Notes under the pieces: generated by a model
Seen by the model: the letters and a program-made list of their open reading frames with translations, nothing else
Databases searched by the model: none
What the model was told of the DNA's origin: nothing
Program-made: the position numbers and the translations under genes
NCBI GenBank assembly: GCA_963555775.3
Contig: CAUVWY020000001.1
Location: 69,534-133,533, forward strand
DNA: 64,000 nucleotides
Reading direction: 5' to 3'
Source: Terriglobia bacterium
GTDB taxonomy: Bacteria > Acidobacteriota > Terriglobia > 20CM-2-55-15
In this document: one piece after another, positions 47,310 to 55,729 of the stretch
Numbering within the stretch: the first letter of the stretch is position 1
Layout of the letters: each line of letters begins with the position of its first letter

Positions 47310-47804
47310 TTAGTTGGCTGCGGTCCTGCGCGTTATCTCTTTAGCCAAGCGCATCCGGAGTCTGGAAACTCTCGTCCGGACGCCGCCTGCGGAGACGCCT
47401 TGGCTGGCGGCTATTTCGTGATAAGTGGTTCCCGCTGCTACGGCGTTAAGAAGCGCCCACTCTGCTGCGCTGACAGCACTACGGATCTCTGCGAGACTGA
47501 TGCGCGCCAGCATGCGCTGTTCTTCTAGGCACTCAGGATCTTGACTGAGGAATTCGCGGCGCAGCCTAGCGCGGTTTCGCTCCAGACGGGAGCCGGTGGC
47601 AATCGCCCTGTCTATGCTGTTCTGGAACTCTTGTGGATCAATTGTGACGCTGGGTTCGAGAGCGATCAGAAAGTTGTTTAGACCGTTCTCGATGCCCCAA
47701 AACCCGTCTGTTAAACGACCGCAACGGGCGGCCTTCGATTGATAATTTTGGGGATTACATCTAATAGTGACGTAATCCAATCTTTGCGGGTCGTACCACA
47801 TCAA
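47310..47804 (-). CDS. Hypothetical protein with a C-terminal sigma-70 region-4 / LuxR-like HTH
   Basis: 'AEWALLNAVAAGTTYHEIAASQGVSAGGVRTRVSRLRMRLAKE' has an HTH pattern. The N-terminal 100 aa are unassigned. Confidence 0.5.
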   Translation of the reverse strand: MMWYDPQRLDYVTIRCNPQNYQSKAARCGRLTDGFWGIENGLNNFLIALEPSVTIDPQEFQNSIDRAIATGSRLERNRARLRREFLSQDPECLEEQRMLARISLAEIRSAVSAAEWALLNAVAAGTTYHEIAASQGVSAGGVRTRVSRLRMRLAKEITRRTAAN

Positions 47805-48085
47805 CCATGAGGTAAGCCACCGGTGGAGATTTTATCAGAGACTCTCTTATTCCGAATTGCAGCCGTGCTTTTAAGCCGGTTGCGGAAACGGAATGAGGGA
47901 CAGAATTCGTCGGGACGGGTTGATTTTCCATGATCATTCCTCACTGTTCTGGCGATAGGCGGGTGAGGGTGCTACCTCGCCCGCCATACATATTATAGTG
48001 ATAAAAACAGGCAATGAATTGTTAAAAACACCTTGCAAACTACGTCACTACCCTGTAATATTGTATTGTAAGTAGGAGATACGCA

Positions 48086-49042
48086 ATGGCTAACAAGGCA
48101 CCTGGCAAACACTTCCGACAGGGACTTTCAACTAAGGAATTCTACCGCCTGTTCCCCGACAACGCATCCGCTGAAGAATGGTTCATCCAGAACCGCTGGT
48201 TCGACGGCATCACCTGCCCGCGTTGTGGATCGGACAACGTGCAGACTGGAACGGCCCACAAGACCATGCCGTTTCGGTGCCGCAAGAGCAAGAAGCGTGA
48301 AACCTGCGGGAAACCGTTCAGCGTCAAGACCGGGACGTTCATGGAAGCATCCAACCTCGGCTATCAGGATTGGCTCTACGCCATGTATCTGGTCGTTACC
48401 AACCTGAAGAGCGTGGCATCCATGAAGATGCACCGCGAGTTGGGAATCACCCAGAAATCCGCATGGCATCTTGTTCACAGAATCCGCAAGGTTTGGGACG
48501 TTTCTGATCATGAACCATTCAAAGGTCCTGTTGAGGCGGATGAGGTCTACATCGGCGGACTGGAAAAGAACAAGCACCAGTCCAAGAAGTTGAAGTCCGG
48601 TCGTGGATCGGTTGGAAAAACCGCTGTTGTAGGTGTCAAGGATCGTGACACGAACGAGGTCCGAGCTACAGTGGTCGAGCGCACAAATGCAGAAACCCTT
48701 CAAGGTTTCGTTCGTGCCAATACAGACCCCGAATCAACGGTTTACACTGACGAAGCAACCGCATATCAAGGCGTTGCCAAGTCGCATGAATCGGTCAAGC
48801 ACTCGGTTGGTGAGTACGTCCGGGGTCAGGCCCACACCAACGGCATTGAATCCTTTTGGTCCATGCTGAAACGCGCTCACAAGGGGACGTTCCACAAGCT
48901 GTCAGCCAAACACCTTCACCGCTACGTCTGCGAGTTCGCAGGACGCCACAACATCCGCAGCATGGGCACTCTCGATCAAATGCGTTTCGTCGTTTTGAGC
49001 ATGGATGGGGCACAACTTCGTTACAAGGACTTGGTAGCGTGA
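48086..49042 (+). CDS. IS1595-family transposase
   Basis: N-terminal zinc ribbon 'CPRCGS....CRKSKKRETCGKPFS' and a DDE_Tnp_IS1595-like core ('EVYIGG...DE...Y....H..V.H...EYVRG..HTN.IESFWS.LKR'). Element ends not determined. Confidence 0.85.
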   Translation: MANKAPGKHFRQGLSTKEFYRLFPDNASAEEWFIQNRWFDGITCPRCGSDNVQTGTAHKTMPFRCRKSKKRETCGKPFSVKTGTFMEASNLGYQDWLYAMYLVVTNLKSVASMKMHRELGITQKSAWHLVHRIRKVWDVSDHEPFKGPVEADEVYIGGLEKNKHQSKKLKSGRGSVGKTAVVGVKDRDTNEVRATVVERTNAETLQGFVRANTDPESTVYTDEATAYQGVAKSHESVKHSVGEYVRGQAHTNGIESFWSMLKRAHKGTFHKLSAKHLHRYVCEFAGRHNIRSMGTLDQMRFVVLSMDGAQLRYKDLVA

Positions 49043-49128
49043 GCACTGCGGGCATATTCCAACAGATAGGATTGACCCCACCACCTCGCCGGGTTACCGT
49101 TCTGACTCAACCACCGGAACCCAACCCT

Positions 49129-49356
49129 ATGGCAGAACGCAACTTTGAAAACCGGACCCTCTTTCACAGTGACAACCTGCCGATCCTCCGTGCCATGAAC
49201 AGTGAATCGGTGGACCTGATTGCCACTGATCCGCCGTTCAACAAATCGAAGGACTTCCACGCCACTCCGGACAGTCTCGCAGCAGGAGCGTCCTTTCAGG
49301 ATCGATGGTCATGGGAGCGTGACGTACATGAGGACTGGACCGACCAGATCACCGAT
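49129..49356 (+). pseudogene. Amino-methyltransferase-HNH fusion gene, 5' part (interrupted by IS21)
   Basis: 'LFHSDNLPILRAMNSESVDLIATDPPFNKSKDF' carries motif IV (DPPF) of a beta-class N6A/N4C MTase. The reading frame runs into the IS at 49357. Confidence 0.8.
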
Positions 49357-49557
49357 CGCTTTGACAACGTAAAAAGGACCCACCCCGATCGAGTAAAAGG
49401 GACCCACCCCCGGGTTAATGGTTTGTAAGTGATTCCGCCGTCGAGGCCGTGGGAAGTGTGGGAGCCGAAGGCTTCCAAGCCACTGTGGGAACGCGCTGGC
49501 TTTGCAGCGGGTTTCCATGGGGGCGGCACTTTCCACAGCCCGCTGCGCCCGCGGTTT

Positions 49558-50349
49558 TCACGCGGATCCTCCGGCGGACCGGGGTTTGTTCTTCCGTTTG
49601 CCGGCGGCGCCTAGACTTTGGGTGAACCGGATACTTTCCCAATCGAACTGGTGAATGGCGCAGTGATGGGTCAGCCGGTCCAGCAGGGCTGCGGTCAGTG
49701 CGGCGTCACCGAAGACGCTGGTCCACTGTGCAAACGGCAGGTTCGATGTGACGATCAGCGAACCCTTTTCGTAGCGGTCCGAGAAGACCTGAAACAGCAA
49801 CTGCGCCCCCTCGGCCGAGAACGGGATATAGCCGACTTCGTCCACGATGAGCAGCTCGAAGCGGGCCAGCTTGGCCAGGCGCCGGTTCAGTTGCCGTTCC
49901 TCGCGCGACTCGATCAAGGTGTTGACCAGCCCGGCGGCCGTGGTGAACCCGACGCGGTAGCCCCTCCGGCAGGCTTCCACACCCAGAGCCGTGGCGGCAT
50001 GGGTTTTACCGGTTCCGTGCTTGCCCAACAGGACGACGTTCTCGTGCCGGGTAATGTAGCCGCACTCGGCATAGTCGCGAACCTGGATCGCATCCAGCAC
50101 CGGCCACTTCTTCAGGTCCGTGGTCTCCAGAGTCTTGAGCAGTGGGAACCGGGCCTCCCGTAGTCGACGCTGGACCTGATTGGCTTGCCGCTGTTCCAGC
50201 TCGCGGCTGGCCAGAGCCAATAGAAAGCCGGTGTACCCCTCGCCGGCCTCTTTGGCCTGTCGGGCGTGTTCCCGCCACTCCCGCACCATGGCCGGGAGCC
50301 GGAGTTGCCGCAGTGCGTCGTCGAGAACGATCTCCTGACCCGGACTCAT
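49558..50349 (-). CDS. istB: IS21 helper ATPase IstB
   Basis: Walker A 'GKHGTGKTH', Walker B 'LLIVDEVG', and the typical 'LRLPAM...' N-terminus. ATGA overlap with istA. Confidence 0.9.
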   Translation of the reverse strand: MSPGQEIVLDDALRQLRLPAMVREWREHARQAKEAGEGYTGFLLALASRELEQRQANQVQRRLREARFPLLKTLETTDLKKWPVLDAIQVRDYAECGYITRHENVVLLGKHGTGKTHAATALGVEACRRGYRVGFTTAAGLVNTLIESREERQLNRRLAKLARFELLIVDEVGYIPFSAEGAQLLFQVFSDRYEKGSLIVTSNLPFAQWTSVFGDAALTAALLDRLTHHCAIHQFDWESIRFTQSLGAAGKRKNKPRSAGGSA

Positions 50350-51869
50350 CGCGCACCCCCGGCCAGGAGACGGTCATATTGATCCAGATCGGCCCCAGCG
50401 ATCGTCAGGTCGGTGATACCGGGCATCAACCCGGACTCCAGCGGCGCATGGGATCGAGTCGGCGTGTCCTCCCGCATCAGAATGTGCCGCACCGCTTCCA
50501 ACTCGATACAGTGGGCATCGAGCGCTTCCTGGATGGCCGAGGACACCCGTTCCAGATCCCAGTCCTGGTGGAGTTGCAGGATGCCGATGAACTCCCGGGT
50601 GCCCCGGCTGTACCCATGCCGATCCCGCAACCGCTCCAGCGCGGTCTCATATTGGGTCGGCCATTGATCCCGCCACTGCCGGATCGGCCGGGCGCTCTCA
50701 AACGAGGCCACCTTCCGGCGGATCAACTCCAGGTAGTGCAACGGATCGATCCGCCAGTCGCTATGACCGAAGGCGCGGTCATGTTCGGCCACCTTCTTCT
50801 GGTCCGCGTAAAAGCTCACCCGGTCACAGCCGATATGGGCCCAGAGCCGGCGTCCCACATAGGCGGTCGGCACCGAATGCCGGTTCTGATCCACCTGGGC
50901 GGTCTGATACGGGCTGATCCGGACTCCCACCACCTTCGTGTTCTCGAACCGCGTGTCGGGCAGTGCCAGGAGGCGTTCTTGCTCCACCGCGTGCCGCTCC
51001 CCAATCGTGCGATCGTCGGACCGGCCGCCGATCCGGCGCTGGTCGTCAGCCGCGCAGCGTTCCAGCAGTTGCGCGTTCAGATCCTCGAAGTCGGTCACCT
51101 CGGGAACCGGCACCAGGAAGTTCCGGCGTGCAAAGCCGACCAGGCCCTCGACACCGCCTTTTTCCTGGCCCCGGGCCGGATTACAGAATCGCGCTTCAAA
51201 CGTGTAGTGCGCCCGAAACGCCGTGAACCGGGCCTGCTCGACCCGAGCCTTCCCCTTCAGAATCCGCTTCACGGCCGTCTTCAGGTTGTCGAAAACCAGG
51301 GTCGGGAATACGCCGCCGTACCAATCGAACGCCCGAATGTGACCGTCCAGGAACATCTCCTGCCGTTCCCACGGATAGGCCCGCACGAACGCCTTGCCCG
51401 AGTACCGGGACCGCATACAGAACAACTTGACCTGACGGTCTTCACCGTTCATCCGGACCCAGGCCGTGCCCCAGTCCACTTCTGCTTCACGGGCGTGTTC
51501 CGGGTCCAGCGGCACCACAGCGCCGGTCTGGTTCCAGCCCAACCGTGTCTTCCGTTCCCGAACCCAGCGGCGTACCGTCGCCTCGGCTCCGGTAAATTCA
51601 TGCTCCTCCACCAGACGTTGCCACACCCGGTGCGCGGTGTGGCGTTGCTTGACGGGCTGGTCCCGGTCCGCCTGGAGCCAGGCATCTACGATCCCGGCGA
51701 CCGGGTCCATCACCGGACAGGCGGGCTCCTTCTCTCGCCGATACCTGGGCTCCTGTCCGGCCAATACTTTCCGGACCGTCCGTCGCGTGTGCCCGGTCTC
51801 CCGGGCGATCTGTCGAATGCTTTTCTTGTAAACCCGATCTGCGGTTCTGATCAACTCGTACTGATCCAT
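50346..51869 (-). CDS. istA: IS21 transposase IstA
   Basis: N-terminal HTH 'MDQYELIRTADRVYKKSIRQIARETGHTRRTVRKVL' and a DDE integrase core. Start chosen at ATG 51869; the ORF-track start is 51917. Confidence 0.9.
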   Translation of the reverse strand: MDQYELIRTADRVYKKSIRQIARETGHTRRTVRKVLAGQEPRYRREKEPACPVMDPVAGIVDAWLQADRDQPVKQRHTAHRVWQRLVEEHEFTGAEATVRRWVRERKTRLGWNQTGAVVPLDPEHAREAEVDWGTAWVRMNGEDRQVKLFCMRSRYSGKAFVRAYPWERQEMFLDGHIRAFDWYGGVFPTLVFDNLKTAVKRILKGKARVEQARFTAFRAHYTFEARFCNPARGQEKGGVEGLVGFARRNFLVPVPEVTDFEDLNAQLLERCAADDQRRIGGRSDDRTIGERHAVEQERLLALPDTRFENTKVVGVRISPYQTAQVDQNRHSVPTAYVGRRLWAHIGCDRVSFYADQKKVAEHDRAFGHSDWRIDPLHYLELIRRKVASFESARPIRQWRDQWPTQYETALERLRDRHGYSRGTREFIGILQLHQDWDLERVSSAIQEALDAHCIELEAVRHILMREDTPTRSHAPLESGLMPGITDLTIAGADLDQYDRLLAGGAR

Positions 51870-52008
51870 CCCTATCAATCCTCGCCTCCCACCCGCGTGC
51901 CTGTTCTTCCAGTTCACGCTTCCGGGGAGGCTATCAGGGGTGGGTCCCTTTTCCTCGATCAGAGCCCCGTTTGGTGGGTCCCTTTTACGTTATCGAAATC
52001 ACACCGAT

Positions 52009-53103
52009 GACCATCCGCGTCTCATGGAAGCGATTGAAAGTGCCCGTTACGCCCACTCGGATGGCATGGGTGCGTTTATGTGTTTCATGGCCGTCCGTTT
52101 GTTGGAGATGAGGCGTGTTCTGAAGTCAACCGGATCGATCTACCTGCACTGCGACCCAACTGCTTCACATTATTTGAAGGCGGTCATGGACGCGGTATTT
52201 GGGTGGAAAAAGTTTCGTAACGAGGTGGTGTGGGGGTATAGGACTGGCGGTGTGGGCAAGCGTTGGTTCGCAAGAAAACACGATGTGATTCTTTGCTACT
52301 CCAAGTCAACTTTCTGGACATTTAATGTCCAGCATTACCGTTCTTACCAGCAGAAAAAGTACAACTACAACAAGAAGTACCCCGAACTATGGGACAAGGA
52401 AAAGAAGAAGTGGTACCACAATTCAGTTTGCAGGGATGTATGGGAGGATATCAAATCTATAGGAACCGAAAAAGGCCAGAAAGAGGTTACTGGCTATGCA
52501 ACCCAAAAACCATTAGCCCTGTACGAACGTATCATCAAGGCATCCAGCAATGAAGATGACACGGTATTGGACCCGTTCTGCGGTTGTGCCACAACCTGCG
52601 TTGCCGCTGAAAAGCTAAATCGTCAGTGGGTAGGCATCGACATATGGGATAACGCGAGGGATGTTGTTTTGAAAAGGCTTGAATTGGAAGGATTGATCGT
52701 GCAGGACTCAACCGACAAACTACACGGTCATCTGTTCCCATATGACGTAATCAAGATGGATGTCCCGCCGATTCGCACGGATGACACCAAAACAGCCGCA
52801 CCTAACCTCAGAACCAAAGTCATCGTCTTCGAACCAGTAGGGAAGAAGATGACCCGTGCAGATATGTATACCCATCTTCTGGACCAACACGGCCGCAAGT
52901 GCCGTGGTTGTGAAAGAACGTTCGATGATTCTCGTTACCTCCAGTTGGACCATAACACTCCACGGGCTGATGGTGGATTGAACCACATATCCAACCGGGT
53001 CTTGTTATGTGGTCCATGCAACCAACTCAAGAGTCACATTTACACGTTGTCGGGCTTAAGACGTGAGAACAAGAAACGAGGGTTCATGCGTAATGGAAAT
53101 TAG
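52009..53103 (+). pseudogene. Amino-methyltransferase-HNH fusion gene, 3' part
   Basis: 'MRRVLKSTGSIYLHCDP' and motif I 'LDPFCGCATTCVAAEKLNRQWVGIDI'. C-terminal HNH 'CRGCERTF......LQLDHNTPRADGGLNHISNRVLLCGPCNQLKS'. In frame with 49129-49356 once the IS and one TSD copy are removed. Confidence 0.8.
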
Positions 53104-53281
53104 CTGCCAACCTCGGCCCAAGGATTGGACGTGCGCCTGTAAACATGAGGACATACCTGTAGGTTGGGGCTCCGGTGGGTTCCAGTGCGACGTATGTAAT
53201 GGCATTTACTACGCTCCTATCAACCCGTCCGACAGCGATCTTTTCGACAGCTTTGCCATAATGAGGAGTGAGAATGACTAA
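53093..53281 (+). CDS. Small Cys-rich hypothetical protein (62 aa)
   Basis: ATG 53093 overlaps the MTase-HNH 3' end by 11 nt. 'CACKH...CDVCNG' suggests a Zn-ribbon-like motif. No family recognised. Confidence 0.35.
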   Translation: MEISCQPRPKDWTCACKHEDIPVGWGSGGFQCDVCNGIYYAPINPSDSDLFDSFAIMRSEND

Positions 53282-53471
53282 GACTCCGAAACCAAAAACA
53301 GTTGAGATAGTGAAGTCCGACTACCAGCCGACCAAGGGCGAGTTGGAGCAGGAATTGGAACCTCTCGACATTCCTGGACCGACCGTGGATCAGCGCATCA
53401 AGAATCTGGCGCGGGCGTTGTTTCAGCCGGTCAAGTTGCGCAGGATCGACCTGCCACGGAAACGACGCTGA
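53274..53471 (+). CDS. Small hypothetical protein (65 aa)
   Basis: SD 'aggag' lies 5 nt before ATG 53274. It overlaps the preceding small ORF by 8 nt. Charged and lysine-rich. Confidence 0.35.
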   Translation: MTKTPKPKTVEIVKSDYQPTKGELEQELEPLDIPGPTVDQRIKNLARALFQPVKLRRIDLPRKRR

Positions 53472-53765
53472 TTCATAATGCGTCACTATTCGATATAATC
53501 CCCTTAATTTTCGTAAATCCACCAAGGAATTGGCTGATCGGACATTGTTCATCTCCTTCTGTGGGGATCGAAGCGATGTCGTCCCCGCGATGACCACGGT
53601 GCAGATCAGACGCCCCATCGGGTTGCCGAACTCCGAACCGGAAACGCTATGCCCGGATGCGAAGCCTGTGCCGGCCGCCGATGGAGAGCCATCTCGACGC
53701 CAGTGCATTATACAAAACTTACGAAGCGGACCCAAGCGCGACCGGCTGGGCCCGCCAGAAAACAC

Positions 53766-55661
53766 TCAAGCGGATGATCCTAATTGCGTTCCGTAGGTAT
53801 CGGACCACTCCTTTCGGAAAAGATCGAATGTCTGCTTCCGATCCGGGTCCTGCAGCGCCATCGAGCTTTGCGCTCGCGCAAGCGACAAGAGCATGAGTTG
53901 AAGCGCCACCAAAGCCTCTTGGGCACCCTTGAAAGTCTGCGGTTCGGCAGCAGTGTCTTCTTCAACTTGGGGCGCACCCTCGGCGACTATGGCATCCAAA
54001 GCCAAAGCTGCTTTGCTCAGTGGTTCGTAAAGGCGTTCGTAAAAGGGATGCGCCGTGTTAATCGTCAGGATGATCCTCCCGAACCGTTGATCCACGTGAT
54101 AGAACGGCCAGTATTCATCATGCTTGTAGTGCATGATGTGCTTTGAGGTTTTGATACGATCGAATGCCTCCTCGTCGGTTTCATTCTCGCGTTTGAGCAG
54201 CATCGCCAGTGTGCGAAGATTTTCATCGAACTGGTGTTGCTCCTCCGGAGTCGTCGGCGCGGGTTCCACAAGGGGCTTGGCCTGCAGCCGCTCAGCCTCG
54301 TCTGCCTTCATTTCGCCGGCGCTTGGTTTGCTGCCGTTGCGTATGACCGTCTGTGCGCGCTGATGCTTTTTGATCTGATCGCGAAGCGTAGCGATTTCGC
54401 CATCCAACAAGCGAGAAATTTCCCGCAAGACGTAGTCTTTAGGGCGGATGCCCTGTTTATTTGCGGCGACACCGAAGGCCTCGTCCAATTCGCCCGGAAA
54501 GTCAATCTGAATGCGGAACCAATTAGCGTCGCTGTGGCGTCTCATTAATTGCGGGATGGTTCCGACAAAAACTTCCCGGTCGTTGCGCAGGACCGAGATC
54601 GTGTTGTCGTCATACAGGTGCAGGTCATTTTTGCGTATCTTCATCGGCAGCGATCCCCAATCCTCGATCGGGAGGGCGTAGAGGCGCACCGTGACGGGCG
54701 CAGTCTCGATATCTTCCGGATCCTGCCGGTAGTTTTCGCTGCGCTTCACTTGGGTGACCTTGGAAAAAACCAACCGGCTTTCCTTCACCGTGATCTCGGC
54801 GATTCTTGTATGTCGGGCGGCAGCCATGGAATAAGTGGGGTCGAACGGTTCCACTAGACGATTGTTGACGTAAAGCTTTGTGCCTTTTGCCAAAGCCCGG
54901 CGATAGACGCGGGACATTTCTTTGATGGCGTGTTCGCACAGGGTCCGCGCTTTTGCGTAGGTAAGCCGGTCGCAGCCGGGCAAATAGACGATCGTGCCCG
55001 ACTTCCCGAGTCGATCCCATAGACCGTCGGCATTTTGTGACAACAGCGTCTGCTCGTCTCGATTCGGGAACGAGAGTGGTTTCGTCAGGGTATCCGAGAC
55101 TTCGCTTGGCAGTTGATCCATCAGGGTTGGGACCGGCAGTTCAACAAGGTTTGATTTTTCCTTTCCGATCGCCTCGACGTCGAGAGTGATGTTGTAATAG
55201 GCTCCCGGCTCCTGCCAAGAGTAAAGGTCCAGGACTGGACACATGCTGAGCGCCGCGGTTTTCATACCCATTCCATAACGCCCGATGCCCGAGCGGTTGT
55301 CGAAAACCATGGAGCCGCCGAACGACGTAGCAAATCTGAGGATATTTGGCGACATGCCGCTCCCGTTATCGAGCACTAGAATATCGGTCTCATAACCACC
55401 TCTCTTGCCACTCTGGCGAAAGTACACTCGAATCTCGGTTGCGCCCCACTGGATAGCGTTGTCAACATGCTCGCAAAGCGCCGACGTGGTGGTGTTATAA
55501 CCCACGTCCCGCAAAGAACTGATCAGTGTTTGACCAAAAAAGAGAGGGACTGTCGCCTTTTCCTTGATGATCCGGTTCAGTACCGTTCTGCCCCCACGCG
55601 GGGCATCGTCACCCCATTCTGGGCTTTGAAAATCAACTTCCTGAGTAATTTGTTCTCGCAT
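53766..55661 (-). CDS. MORC-like GHKL ATPase (HATPase_c_3-type)
   Basis: N-box 'CEHVDNAIQWGA', G1 'LDNGSGM', G2 'GRYGMGMKTA'. Start placed at ATG 55661, preceded by 'aaggag' with a 6-nt spacer. The ORF-track start at 55730 abuts the IS end. Confidence 0.8.
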   Translation of the reverse strand: MREQITQEVDFQSPEWGDDAPRGGRTVLNRIIKEKATVPLFFGQTLISSLRDVGYNTTTSALCEHVDNAIQWGATEIRVYFRQSGKRGGYETDILVLDNGSGMSPNILRFATSFGGSMVFDNRSGIGRYGMGMKTAALSMCPVLDLYSWQEPGAYYNITLDVEAIGKEKSNLVELPVPTLMDQLPSEVSDTLTKPLSFPNRDEQTLLSQNADGLWDRLGKSGTIVYLPGCDRLTYAKARTLCEHAIKEMSRVYRRALAKGTKLYVNNRLVEPFDPTYSMAAARHTRIAEITVKESRLVFSKVTQVKRSENYRQDPEDIETAPVTVRLYALPIEDWGSLPMKIRKNDLHLYDDNTISVLRNDREVFVGTIPQLMRRHSDANWFRIQIDFPGELDEAFGVAANKQGIRPKDYVLREISRLLDGEIATLRDQIKKHQRAQTVIRNGSKPSAGEMKADEAERLQAKPLVEPAPTTPEEQHQFDENLRTLAMLLKRENETDEEAFDRIKTSKHIMHYKHDEYWPFYHVDQRFGRIILTINTAHPFYERLYEPLSKAALALDAIVAEGAPQVEEDTAAEPQTFKGAQEALVALQLMLLSLARAQSSMALQDPDRKQTFDLFRKEWSDTYGTQLGSSA

Positions 55662-55729
55662 CTCGTTCTCCTTAGTTTTGTGACCGCCGGCTATTCGGTG
55701 TCTGAGTCGAGAGAGCATATTGGCTCTCA

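Larger units (their letters stand above)
49357..52001 (-). mobile_element. IS21-family insertion sequence (2645 bp by my end assignment) with a 7-bp target duplication
   Basis: istA and istB lie inside. The ends share 'ga(c/t)aacgtaaaa(a/g)gg(a)cccacc' in inverted orientation, with a second internal 'aaaagggacccacccc' copy at each end. CACCGAT is present at 49350-49356 and 52002-52008. Confidence 0.85.

Noticed and set aside
47950-49125. Attempt to define inverted terminal repeats for the IS1595 element
   Set aside because: The candidate matches ('ggcgggtgagggtgcta' upstream against the reverse complement of 'ccccaccacctcgcc' downstream) are only partial by eye. The ends are left undefined and only the transposase CDS is reported.
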